From: Nitrospirota bacterium
GTDB taxonomy: Bacteria; Nitrospirota; UBA9217
Reading direction: 5' to 3'
NCBI GenBank assembly: GCA_963751455.1
Contig: CAVVUN010000001.1
Location: 96,001 to 160,000, forward strand
Length of the DNA stretch: 64,000 bases
Part shown: positions 1 through 9,192 of the stretch, in pieces
Numbering within the stretch: the stretch's first letter is position 1
Layout of the letters: the number at the start of each line of letters is the position of its first letter
Translations under genes and position numbers: made by a program
The notes under the pieces: model-generated
What the model saw: the letters and a program-made list of their open reading frames with translations, nothing else
Databases searched by the model: none
Told to the model about the DNA's origin: nothing

Positions 1-1484
1 GAGTCGATATTGGTGTCACAAAGCCCTGGATATAAGCAGTCCTTTCGAAATACTCGCCGTCCCGGGGATAGCTGATAATCACACGAGGACTTTTGGAAGG
101 AGAACCGGTCAGGCTGGCGCATACTCCGACTTCTTCGATCATGCCGAGTTGAACTCCGGGCTTCACGCGCAGCCCGGCTGTATTCAAGACAAGTCGGAGA
201 GCATCGGTTGTGACCGCTGCCGGGCATTGTTATTTCGTTCCAGCCTGAATGCATTGTTGAAAAATCGATCTGGAAGCCGGGCGCAACATCCTGCCAGGCA
301 GTCCCGGTCAGATACTGAAGTCCTGCGCTCAGGTTCATGGCGCTGGAGAGATGGAGTTTTAGGGTCTCGGGCTGAACAGTGCGTTCAAACGTTATGTCCA
401 GAGATTGGTCTGAAGAGGAAGCGGCTATCTTATAGGATGTTGTGATGTCTCCGTCATATGCAGCCTTATAAGATACGGATGAGACGGAGTTCCATCCGCT
501 GTCGGTTTCAACGATCAGCTTGAGGGCCCGGATGATTGCTGTTCCTCCTGTTGCCTGAAATTCGATCTTGTTTTCACCCTGGACCAGCCATAAGGGGTTG
601 ATCTCCTCGATATACGAAGACCAGGCAGGCTTGGTGCTTTCCGGCTGGGGTATGTCAAAACCGCCCGCCCAGAAAAGTCCATTGATGCGCCGTTTAATGC
701 TGACCGACCTTACCAGATTGTATCCGTCATAGAGCATGATAGGCGCGCTTGAAAAGATACGGGTTCTGGGTCATCCCAAGCATCACCGCGGGCGTGGAAC
801 CTTCTGCCACTGATAATTCGGACGGAGCAGCAGAAAATTCGAGGATATGCGAGTGATTCCCGGACGAGAATGCCAAGTGCTTCCTGCGGAGAACGGATGC
901 CTTCGAGCGTTATATGAGAAGCATTATCCTGCTCTGTGGACCCATCTTCTCCCCAGAGCTCGATCTCCGCGATTCCCGTGGTTATGTTTCCAAGGGGCAC
1001 GAATTCTAATAAAAGATGCTGTGCAGCCAACGGCTCCGCAGGTGTCAGGGAATTCCAGGAAGTACCGAGCGTCGTGAGGTCTTTCCCGGTAAGGGAGGGC
1101 ACAGGCTCCCACGTTCCCGGCATTGTCTCTGTAGACGTTGATTTGATAGGACGGCGAGCCGTAAACATGTATGCCGCTCAGGCTTCGCGTTTCGGACAGG
1201 CTCACGGTAACTCTCGCAGTCTGCATGGGCATATATGCAGTTGCAGTGTCCCTGTCGAAGAGTCGCCAGGCGAAATTCATTTCAGCCTGGGCCAGTTTCG
1301 GTGAAAGGGCAGTGGTATCAACCGAGACCATGGCAGGTGTCAGTTTGACGGTTACAGAAGCCGGAGATACGCCCATGACGGAAACTGCAATCACCCAAAT
1401 AATCGCCGCACATACAAAAGCAGAAATTATTCTCGCCTTCCTTTGCTTGAACATGATCGTCTCCTTAATTTTGGGGCCTTTCAT
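1..1484 (-). pseudogene. 5' part of a second giant SpvB/RHS-type secreted protein gene (paralog of 18560-31013), multiply frameshifted, runs off the left edge
   Basis: Pieces in different frames align collinearly with the N-terminus of 26421..31058: AWRLFDRDTATAY vs AWTLFDLDTNTAY, IAEIELWG vs IKEIEIWG, RRINGLFWAGGF vs RRINGLSWMGGF, ETDSGWN vs ELDSGWN, YPRDGEYFERTAYIQGF vs YPLNGEYFGRTAYIQGF. Hydrophobic signal-like N-terminus (likely start MFKQRK at 1454). The frameshifts may be real or assembly errors. Confidence 0.8.
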
Positions 1485-1534
1485 AAAGTGTGATCGTTTG
1501 TATCGTGTCCGGCTCCGGATTTATTAAAATAAAT

Positions 1535-2865
1535 CAGTAGTGTCCGGTTATCGTTTTTTTAATGTGCGATAACTCGCTGTCATTCAAAGATAAAAGAGAC
1601 TGTATGCAACTTTTCGATTTGAACTTAATTTATCCAGAATCATCCTATAATCCACCTCATCTATGCATGAGGAGGGACGAAGATGAATTCCGGAAAGACG
1701 GTTTTTGCTCAGCTGATCCAGCATCTACCACGGTACGAGTTCAACCAATGCGTCCTTCGTTATCACGGCAATCACAAAGTCAGAAGCTTTTCATGCATGG
1801 ATCAGTTTCTCTGCATGGCATTTGCCCAGCTGACCTATCGCGAAAGCTTGCGCGATATTGTAACGTGTCTCAACTCCCATCGACCAAAGCTTTACCACAT
1901 GGGCTTTCGAGGGAAGGTCGCCAAATCCACGTTGGCGGACGCCAACGAGCTTCGAGACTTCCGCATCTATCAGGACTTCGGCTATTTGCTCATCGACATC
2001 GCCAGCAAACTTTATCGGAACGAGGAGTTTGGCCTCGACCTGAAGCTCTCGGTCTTTGCGCTGGACTCAACGATCATCGATCTTTGCCTTTCCACGTTCC
2101 CTTGGGCGACGTTTCGGAAAAAGAAAGCAGCCGTCAAGATTCACACTTTGCTCAACGTGCAGGGATCGATTCCAACCTTTATTTTCGTGACTCCCGGCAG
2201 CGTTCACGATGTCAATATGATGGATACTGTCCCGTTCGAAGCCGAATCGGTCTATACAATGGATCGCGCTTACCTCGACTTCGAGCGACTTTACCAAATC
2301 GATCAACTGTCCGCGTTCTTCGTTATCAAGAGCAAAAGCAATACCCGGCTTCGTCGCGTCTACTCTGCTCCCGTGGACAAAGCCGACGGGGTGCAAGCCG
2401 ATCAGACGGTTATGCTCATTGGCTACAAATCCCGCAAGGCTTATCCAGATCCATTTCGTCGGGTGCGCTATTACGACACCGAACGAAACAAACGCTTGGT
2501 GGTTCTTACGAACAATTTCCTTATCCCGGCCAAAACAGTCGCGGATATTTATCGCTCGCGTTGGCAGGTAGAGCTGTTCTTCAAGTGGATCAAGCAACAC
2601 TTGCGGATCAAGTCGTTCTTCGGGACATCTCCGAATGCGGTCAAGATCCAAATCTGGATTGCCGTAAGCGTTTATCTCCTCGTGGCGATTGTCAAGAAGA
2701 GATTGAATCTGCCCGGCAGCCTCCACACAATTCTACAGATTTTGGAGGTCAACCTTTTTGAGAAAATACCGATTTCTCAACTGGTTGAAGACACTATCAA
2801 TCACGAAAACGAATATCGCGACGATAACCAATTGAATCTATTTACGTAACAACCGGACACTACTG
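1535..2865 (+). mobile_element. IS4-family insertion sequence
   Basis: Perfect 15-bp terminal inverted repeats CAGTAGTGTCCGGTT / AACCGGACACTACTG and a 9-bp target duplication AAAATAAAT (1526-1534, 2866-2874). Confidence 0.92.
1683..2849 (+). CDS. IS4-family transposase (DUF4372-like N-terminus + DDE_Tnp_1)
   Basis: 388 aa. Motifs LDST, MDRAY and the YRSRWQVELFFKWIKQHL (YREK-type) signature. Confidence 0.95.
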   Translation: MNSGKTVFAQLIQHLPRYEFNQCVLRYHGNHKVRSFSCMDQFLCMAFAQLTYRESLRDIVTCLNSHRPKLYHMGFRGKVAKSTLADANELRDFRIYQDFGYLLIDIASKLYRNEEFGLDLKLSVFALDSTIIDLCLSTFPWATFRKKKAAVKIHTLLNVQGSIPTFIFVTPGSVHDVNMMDTVPFEAESVYTMDRAYLDFERLYQIDQLSAFFVIKSKSNTRLRRVYSAPVDKADGVQADQTVMLIGYKSRKAYPDPFRRVRYYDTERNKRLVVLTNNFLIPAKTVADIYRSRWQVELFFKWIKQHLRIKSFFGTSPNAVKIQIWIAVSVYLLVAIVKKRLNLPGSLHTILQILEVNLFEKIPISQLVEDTINHENEYRDDNQLNLFT

Positions 2866-3031
2866 AAAATAAATCAAATATTGGGAATCAGATTGATGAA
2901 CGTTTATTCGACGCGTTTTATATTGAAACTGCCGCTCATTGCGATTGTTCCCGAACAGGAACAGAAGCAGCCGAATTTGCATTGAAGGTCTTGATGATAG
3001 AATCTCATTGTTTTATCCTCTCACAGCAAAA

Positions 3032-4510
3032 TCAAAGGGCCGTAAATGTCCCATAGGCAAACGTTGTGTCAGACATATCTACCTGCAAACCCGGGTCGGC
3101 CGGAGGAACCGTCGTCATGTCGGTCATGTCCTGTTCGCATGCCGTTACATAAACATCGTAAATCGTACCGTTCGTAAGCGTCCCCGTTTGTATGGTCGTC
3201 GAAGCTGTATTGACCCAATTTGCAGCTATTTCCGCATATGTACCGTTGTTCGTGCAGCCCGTGTCAGAGTTGACGCTTCCCGCCCCCACGCAAGTCCAGA
3301 CATTGACGTAATAGGAGTTAGCTCCGGGAACCGCGCTCCAACTGAGTGTAGCCGCTCCCCCCGAAGCCGGTATTGCAGTGAGCCCGGTGGCAACGGGAAG
3401 CTTCGCGGTTGGAGAGGGAATCGTGAAAGTCTCTGTTACGGACGCCGTACCGCCCGATACAACTGCGGACACGATGTAGGTTCCTGAACCGGGAACTGCT
3501 CCGAAATCCCAGTAGGTGTAATGAGCATTGGTCGCGGGATAGGTAAACGAGATCGGGGTCGTAATTCCAGAACCCGTTATGGTGATATTCCAGTCGCTTG
3601 CGGGCGCCGAAGGAGTGGTTGTGTTCGTAAGGAGGGAAGTCCAGATCACTAATCCATAATAATCCGCAGTTCCCGACTGGTCCGAATAGAGCGTGCCTTC
3701 ATATAATACTCCGCCGCGTACATCCAGTGAATAACCGCTTCCGCTTCCGCCGGCCACAATGTCCAAAGAGGCCAGCGAGATGTTTTCCTGAGCAGCAAGT
3801 GACGGCGAAGAGGAAATATCATTTTGCAAAGCCATGCGGTTCGTGGTATGCGCGAAGATTTCTACAACATAGCTGCCGTCAGTAAGAACAGGCAGATTAA
3901 ACCAATAAGAGGAATAAAGCGGATCGGCACCGTAATAGCCGGAAAGCACTTCGAAGCCGGATCCGTCTCTGACCCGGTAATAATAAGAGCCGGCTCCGGG
4001 CAGTGCGTTCCAAGTTATGATATCGCCGGATTTGTTGAGAGTAGGTTGTGAGAGATTTTTTGAGGCGTCAATACTGAAATTATAGGTCAGAGTCGTGGTT
4101 CCGTTTGAAGCAGTTGCGGTATAGATTCCGGAGCGCGGGCTAATAGATTCCCACCACCACGTTGCATAGCTGGAGGGAGAACCGTCATCATAACTGACGA
4201 CCAGAGGAGAATCTATTCCCGGGCCTGTTATCGTGATGTGCCATCCCGCCGCTCCGCCAGGACCGTTCCCGCCGGCATCACGGAGGGTTGCGAGAACCGT
4301 TAGTCCCGCCACGGATCCGTCATTCAATGTGCCTCCGGAAGCAATAAGGGTAAAGCCGCCGCCGATATTCGCAGGAGGATGATTATGCTTTCCCTTGCAT
4401 CCTGTGAATAAAATGATAAACAGCAACAGGGGAAGCAGGAATACAATCAAGATAAGGGAAGATGATACAGGGAATGTGGAAGAGAAACGAAGTGGAAAAC
4501 TCTTAACCAT
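3032..4510 (-). CDS. Large beta-rich lipoprotein with internal two-fold repeat and FN3-like segments (paralog of 31178-32665)
   Basis: GGAGG RBS, long signal peptide ending LFTGC, shared motifs TLIASGGTLNDGS, WHITITGPGI, LSWSAVPGANSYYV, YVTAC and DMS with 31178-32665. Confidence 0.8.
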   Translation of the reverse strand: MVKSFPLRFSSTFPVSSSLILIVFLLPLLLFIILFTGCKGKHNHPPANIGGGFTLIASGGTLNDGSVAGLTVLATLRDAGGNGPGGAAGWHITITGPGIDSPLVVSYDDGSPSSYATWWWESISPRSGIYTATASNGTTTLTYNFSIDASKNLSQPTLNKSGDIITWNALPGAGSYYYRVRDGSGFEVLSGYYGADPLYSSYWFNLPVLTDGSYVVEIFAHTTNRMALQNDISSSPSLAAQENISLASLDIVAGGSGSGYSLDVRGGVLYEGTLYSDQSGTADYYGLVIWTSLLTNTTTPSAPASDWNITITGSGITTPISFTYPATNAHYTYWDFGAVPGSGTYIVSAVVSGGTASVTETFTIPSPTAKLPVATGLTAIPASGGAATLSWSAVPGANSYYVNVWTCVGAGSVNSDTGCTNNGTYAEIAANWVNTASTTIQTGTLTNGTIYDVYVTACEQDMTDMTTVPPADPGLQVDMSDTTFAYGTFTAL

Positions 4511-4526
4511 AAAACCTCCTGATTTA

Positions 4527-4595
4527 TTGCAATCTGGGCTTAGGACGATCGCAATGGAGACTTTGCCCCCCAGCCCCTTCGACTGCCTTGCTGTA
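4527..4595 (-). ncRNA. Possible degenerate c-di-GMP-I (GEMM-like) riboswitch in the lipoprotein 5' leader
   Basis: Minus strand reads AGCAAGG-CAGTC-GAAG-GGGCTG-GGGGGCAAAGTCT...AGCCCAGATTGC just before the RBS. It resembles the GEMM pattern GCAAA-stem-GNRA-stem-GACGCAAAG...AGCC..TTGCC with several mismatches. Confidence 0.35.
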
Positions 4596-4644
4596 ATATT
4601 AAAGTATTAGGAATCGAGCAAATTATTTCATAATCCGGTATTTT

Positions 4645-4698
4645 TGTCTCGGCATCTGTTGCTTTTTTTGTTCGGCTTTTATTGCTGTTTATTTCTTA
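4645..4698 (-). promoter_or_regulatory. Conserved tandem direct repeat, candidate AraC-family activator site (copy 1)
   Basis: Plus strand TCGGCATCTGTTGCT (4649) and TCGGCTTTTATTGCT (4672), 23-bp period. The same block is conserved at 34240-34294 although the surrounding intergenic DNA is not. Confidence 0.6.
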
Positions 4699-4926
4699 AT
4701 TGGTATCGTAGAAAGATTAGACCTAAAAACGAAGAAACCAGCGGAGGGGTACCACATGGCAAGATTGAAATAAAGTTGCCTATTTTTTTCTCATTTGTTT
4801 TCTAAACTGGGTAGGAGTGGAACCGATAATTTTTTTAAAAATTCTCTCGAAGTGCGTTAGATCCGAAAAGCCCGTGCAGAAACCGACGTCCGTTATCGAG
4901 AGGGCCTGATCGGTCAACAATTTTTT

Positions 4927-6315
4927 GGTAGTGTAGAAAAGGAGAGACTTTGGACATGAAGTAACAACAAATTGCCCTCCATTTTATGGATAATAGTTTT
5001 GGACGAAACTAACCATAAAACAGGAGGGCAATATGGGTGTTACCCCACAAAGGAAAGGTATCACCATCAGTTTTGATTGTCAATTTGAAGTGCATTTGAA
5101 GGACAGCTCTCTTTCATCAATACTCGCCGCCTTTGCCGAGCTTTTGCCGCAGATTTTGACGGACTTCATTCAGAAAGTGCTTGTAGGCTTTGGCGAGCAT
5201 GTGATGGCTCTTAAGAAAAAGCCTTTTGCCTGCGGGTGCGGCAATGATCGGGAATTCACATGGAAGACGCGGCACGGGAAAAAGACTAAGATTCATGCCT
5301 TTTACCAATGGGTCTGGTTACAGCAGCTCCAGGTTGTTTGCAAACGCTGTGGGAGTAAGCTCTACATCACCCGAAAGCTGCTCGGAATGAAGCCGAAAAA
5401 GCGAATAGCGGCAGAAATTTATCGAAAGCTTGGGCTTCTGGGTTCCTTGACAACCTTTCGTGTGGCGGAGAAGATCGGCAAGATGTTCGGCTGGGCCGTG
5501 GACAAGATGACGGTCTGGAGCGCTGTCCAAAAGACGGGGTCGGAAATAGAGTTCAAGGTTGATGAAAAGGAGCTTCCCCAGGGCGAGGCTGACGGGACCG
5601 GGATCGGCATCAAGGGAATCAAGAAGCGCGGGAAGGAATTGAAGGCGTTCATACAGTACAAGAAGGGTGGCGGCGTGCGGGTGGCGGGCCTTGATATCGG
5701 GAATTATAACGGGTCCTGGGACAACCTTTTCAAGAAGAGTCTCAAGGCTCTGGGGAGCTTCACCCGTCCGTTTTCCTTAATCACCGACGGCGACACCTCC
5801 ATCCTGGATGCTCTTAAGGGGAAGGTGAAGATAATTGTTCAGCGCTGCTTGTGGCATATTCCCTATCAAGCGAAGTATGTGTTGTGGCAGGACAAAGTGA
5901 AGCGTAAGAGCGAGGACTGGTTGTATGTGATCGTGGAGCTGATGGAAATCTGCGCGATACGGCCGTTTGTAGACGACAAGCAGACGATAGCCGCGATGAT
6001 CGCTTCGAAGAAGGCCCGGCTGGATGAACTGATAAAGCGGTGCGCTGAGAGAGAATATACTCACACAGCCGCTTATCTTGAAAATGCCCGCCCGGATATG
6101 TTTACGGCGATCAAGAAGAGATTAGACGGTAAGACCACGAGCAAGGTGGAGCGACTCATGCGCACGGTCAATATGCGGGTAAACGTGAGCAAGTGGACCG
6201 AGGCCGGAGCGCTGAATGTCATGAAAGTCCGGCTGGCTTATTACTATAACGGATTTGATGCATAATGCGCGTAAAATGGGGGGCTTTTGTCAGGTCTCCA
6301 CTTGACAACGCTACC
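4927..6315 (+). mobile_element. ISH6-like (IS256/Mutator-related) insertion sequence, copy 1
   Basis: 1389 bp. Imperfect IRs begin GGTAG (GGTAGTGTAGAAAAGGAGAGAC vs GGTAGCGTTGTCAAGTGGAGAC). 8-bp TSD AATTTTTT. Apparently identical to 32668-34056. Confidence 0.88.
5033..6265 (+). CDS. ISH6/IS256-type DDE transposase
   Basis: 410 aa. EADGTG, ITDGD, QRCLWH (CxxH) and TTSKVER motifs; N-terminal Cys pairs. Confidence 0.88.
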   Translation: MGVTPQRKGITISFDCQFEVHLKDSSLSSILAAFAELLPQILTDFIQKVLVGFGEHVMALKKKPFACGCGNDREFTWKTRHGKKTKIHAFYQWVWLQQLQVVCKRCGSKLYITRKLLGMKPKKRIAAEIYRKLGLLGSLTTFRVAEKIGKMFGWAVDKMTVWSAVQKTGSEIEFKVDEKELPQGEADGTGIGIKGIKKRGKELKAFIQYKKGGGVRVAGLDIGNYNGSWDNLFKKSLKALGSFTRPFSLITDGDTSILDALKGKVKIIVQRCLWHIPYQAKYVLWQDKVKRKSEDWLYVIVELMEICAIRPFVDDKQTIAAMIASKKARLDELIKRCAEREYTHTAAYLENARPDMFTAIKKRLDGKTTSKVERLMRTVNMRVNVSKWTEAGALNVMKVRLAYYYNGFDA

Positions 6316-6872
6316 AATTTTTTGCCTGTTCTATTCTCACGCGATTTAAATAGCTTTGATAGGTCAATCCCGTCGTTTCTTTGAACGTCCGGGAAAAATG
6401 AAATCTGGAGACAGACGCTATCTTTGCCACCTGGTCAAGGCTGATATTCGTGGAACAGTAGCTGTGAATATATTGAAGCGCTTTATGAATGTAACTGCTC
6501 TTGTCGTTCGTGTCGGCGTCCTGGACCTCTTCTCTCACGCTTGTTTCAGCTGGGTCCAGTGGGGCCGTTCTGTGCTTGACCGGCCCGATGCCCTTGCGAA
6601 ACAAGCATACATTTATCCGTTCGATAAAATCGTCATAAATAAAGGGTTTTTTAACGTAATATCGTGCCCCAAGTCTGAATGCTTTTGAAGATCACCGGAA
6701 TTAAAGGCATGATTTTTTTTAATTCGATCAGAACTTCGATGCCCGACATGTCAGGCAACCTATAATCAATGACCGCAAGATCAAGATCCGGGCTCTTTTT
6801 AAGGAATACATTAGGGTCACCCATATGACGCTAAAGCGAAGCGTTTGAGCCGCTTTCTTTCGGCTGTATGGT

Positions 6873-7451
6873 TTAATTAACCACTCCCTCAACGATGCCG
6901 TCTTCGTTGAACCTGATGATCTGCCTGTCAAAGCGTGATTTCCAGTAATACCATGTATTATCTTTTGTCGACCGGGTGAGGGTCTCGGGCGGATATCCGT
7001 AGACAACTATAACCGCTTCCTTCCTCATGCTGGGTTTAACGATCCCTTCTTTAATGCATTTATTTTCAAGAGGAGAAAAACCGGCGGTCAGCTCCTTTAA
7101 ATTTTTTTTGGTGAAAAGTCTCTCGACAAAATCTTTCCTTTTCAAACCAGTGTGATGCTTCGGAGTAAAGTGGATCGCGAAAATACGATTGATATTTTTT
7201 ATCTCGAATTCACACATCTTTACCCTTCGGCCGCGCCTGTCATCAAAAATCAACGAGGTAACTTCCGAGCCGGCGGGAATGAGAATGCCTTTCCTGTAAT
7301 TGGCGCTCCACATTACGTCAGGTTTTTCGTACCAGAGATTGTATGCGGTATATAACGGACCTTCAATTCTCCGGGGATCAACCGCGAACAGACAGGAGCA
7401 AAAGCAAAAAGGAATGATCATGATTATCATCGGTAATTTTGCTCTGAACAT
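6873..7451 (-). CDS. Secreted hypothetical protein with SmpA/OmlA-like C-terminus (paralog of 15741-16322)
   Basis: Start reassigned to ATG 7451 after GGAGG. Signal peptide; PLYTAYNLWYEKP and MRKEAVIVVYGYPP are shared with the paralog. Confidence 0.7.
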   Translation of the reverse strand: MFRAKLPMIIMIIPFCFCSCLFAVDPRRIEGPLYTAYNLWYEKPDVMWSANYRKGILIPAGSEVTSLIFDDRRGRRVKMCEFEIKNINRIFAIHFTPKHHTGLKRKDFVERLFTKKNLKELTAGFSPLENKCIKEGIVKPSMRKEAVIVVYGYPPETLTRSTKDNTWYYWKSRFDRQIIRFNEDGIVEGVVN

Positions 7452-7469
7452 TACATGCCCTCCAGCGGA

Positions 7470-7583
7470 AATGATCTCCGCGTCTTTGGTCTGGATGACG
7501 CGCTTCATGCCGTCGACGAACGCGGCGGTTCGGATATTCGCCCGGCCGCAGCTTTTGCCGGAATCGGGCCTGTTGTTCCGGCT
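7470..7583 (-). pseudogene. About 110-bp relic of an RHS/YD-region gene
   Basis: Translates NRPDSGKSCGRANIRTAAFVDGMKRVIQTKDAE, which aligns to NRADSFLGCTSATINTTTFADGLKRIIQIRKDAD of the giant protein (about 21475-21575). Confidence 0.7.
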
Positions 7584-8372
7584 TTAATAAGCTACGTTCG
7601 TGCTCTTGAGAGAGTAGGTTAAATTCATATTCGCGATTAGAATAGTTCCTATGTAGCCTTTCTGGCTCTCCACAATCTTGGCGACTCCCATGCCGGGAAC
7701 TATCCAGGAGGTGGAAACGCTCTCAATCTTCGTATAGGATCCGGAAACGTAATTGGTGGTACTTGTGAAACTGACTTTATAACTTTCATAATTTGCAACA
7801 GCCGTCCCGACGTATTCCTTTCCCATAACCGTATATGAGTATGTTTCGGTGTTGCCGCTATCATAATTCACAGTGGTGCTGTAGGAGTCGCCGATCGTAA
7901 GTGGGCTTCCAATCAGCTTTATATAACCCACTGTCGGCGAGGTTATCCAATAATCGCCGCTTTCGTCCCCTTCTCCATGCAAAAAATAGCTGCCCGAGCT
8001 GTCTTGCGTGTAGTATGTATACGAGTTGTCGGTATAATTCGCGAAATTGTTGTTGAGACTGAGAGTATACTTAAAAGAGGTGTAATCGAGACTGCAGGCT
8101 ATTCCGTTGATCGGCGATGTCTTTGTAGTCGCCGTAATGATCTCGTCTTCGTTTCCTGAAAGATTGTAAGTCACACCGTTATAAACATAGGTTCCTGCAA
8201 CGCTATACGACCATGTATCACCCGGCCGTTCGATTCTGATGTCACTCGTTTTAAGAGGAATCGACGGCGTCTCTGCTCCCCCTCCTCCGCCGCCCCCGCA
8301 GGACATGAGTAATCCGGGCAAAAGTGCGACCAGCAGGACAATCCTAAAAATCTTTGCCACATCGTTGATCAT
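7584..8372 (-). CDS. Lipoprotein, beta-rich, unknown function
   Basis: Lipobox LMSC followed by a poly-Gly linker. PGDTWSY and SWIVPGMGVAK motifs are typical of beta-sheet envelope proteins. Confidence 0.75.
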   Translation of the reverse strand: MINDVAKIFRIVLLVALLPGLLMSCGGGGGGGAETPSIPLKTSDIRIERPGDTWSYSVAGTYVYNGVTYNLSGNEDEIITATTKTSPINGIACSLDYTSFKYTLSLNNNFANYTDNSYTYYTQDSSGSYFLHGEGDESGDYWITSPTVGYIKLIGSPLTIGDSYSTTVNYDSGNTETYSYTVMGKEYVGTAVANYESYKVSFTSTTNYVSGSYTKIESVSTSWIVPGMGVAKIVESQKGYIGTILIANMNLTYSLKSTNVAY

Positions 8373-8567
8373 GGTTACCTCCTATTCGGATTGCAAGAAT
8401 ATTTCGGTATTCAATGTCGTTTCAAACAATATTTTTACCAGGATAAAGCAATAATCTCATCCTCCGAGGATTTGCCCTTCCTTTATCTCGTCAATTCCGG
8501 TTCGCGTAATTTCGCTAATGCTTCCCGTTTAAGTTTCCTACCCGGCTTGAGCAGTATTGGCCCATGC

Positions 8568-9163
8568 CTATCCTTCCAGCGTCAAGCTCTTCACGATCTG
8601 CTCGAAAGTGCCGGCGTTCGTATCGAAGTAATGACGGCCGGGCGCCGAGTACCGGATGCTGTAAAACAGGTCTCCTTTCCTGAAACCGTAGTAGATGCAC
8701 TGGTACTGCAAAGTGCCGTCCAGGCGGTAGGCGTAAACAAGCCTGAAGCCCGGCAAACCTGTCACGGCCGCGGGTTTGTCCTCAAGGACATTGAAATTTT
8801 GCATGGATTCATTTATTTCGAAATCGTTTATGATAGCCTGCGCCATTTCCTGCGGCAATAGCAATAGCCCCATTGCACGATCCTTTTCCATGTGTTTGAA
8901 TTCGACGGTTACCAAATGTTTTTTAAATTCGACTTTGTCGAGCAGCAGGCCGTCCTTGGTGATAGTCACTATCTTTTCCTTTGCCTTTCTTCTTTCTTTT
9001 GCCAATCTTCTCCCCAGCTTCACTTCCTTGGGTGCATACCAGCCTTGAGGAAGCAGAAACGTGAAACCGTTATGCTTGTCTTTCCTTCGTCAGGCCCGGC
9101 AATGATCACCTGGGCATCGAGCGCGAGGACGAGAAGCGCGATGATGATCAATATTTTTTTCAT
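8568..9163 (-). CDS. Secreted PsbP/DcrB-like protein (one frameshift near 9085)
   Basis: Signal peptide MKKILIIIALLVLAL at 9163. A shifted frame gives GFTFLLPQGW and continues into ORF 8568..9023, which ends FEQIVKSL. Confidence 0.6.
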
Positions 9164-9192
9164 GAAATTGTCCTTTGCCTATATCAGAGAGT

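Larger units (their letters stand above)
4780..6810 (-). pseudogene. Receiver + AraC response regulator paralog, disrupted by an IS, a 32-bp deletion and 5' truncation
   Basis: 6316-6810 and 4780-4926 match 34386..35186. The C-terminus reads SDLTHFERIFKKIIGSTPTQFRKQMRKK*. The segment cacggcaacatcttcattgccatacccggtta is missing at about 6686. Confidence 0.88.

Noticed and set aside
1562-2761. 399-aa overlapping ORF in the IS4 element, plus the many antisense ORFs across the window
   Set aside because: These are alternate-frame or shadow ORFs of well-supported genes and have no recognisable motifs.
8440-8490. Second GEMM-like hairpin (GGGCAAATCCTCGGAGGAT) upstream of lipoprotein 7584-8372
   Set aside because: Only a fragment of P1 resembles the motif; there is no GCAAAG or P2 element.
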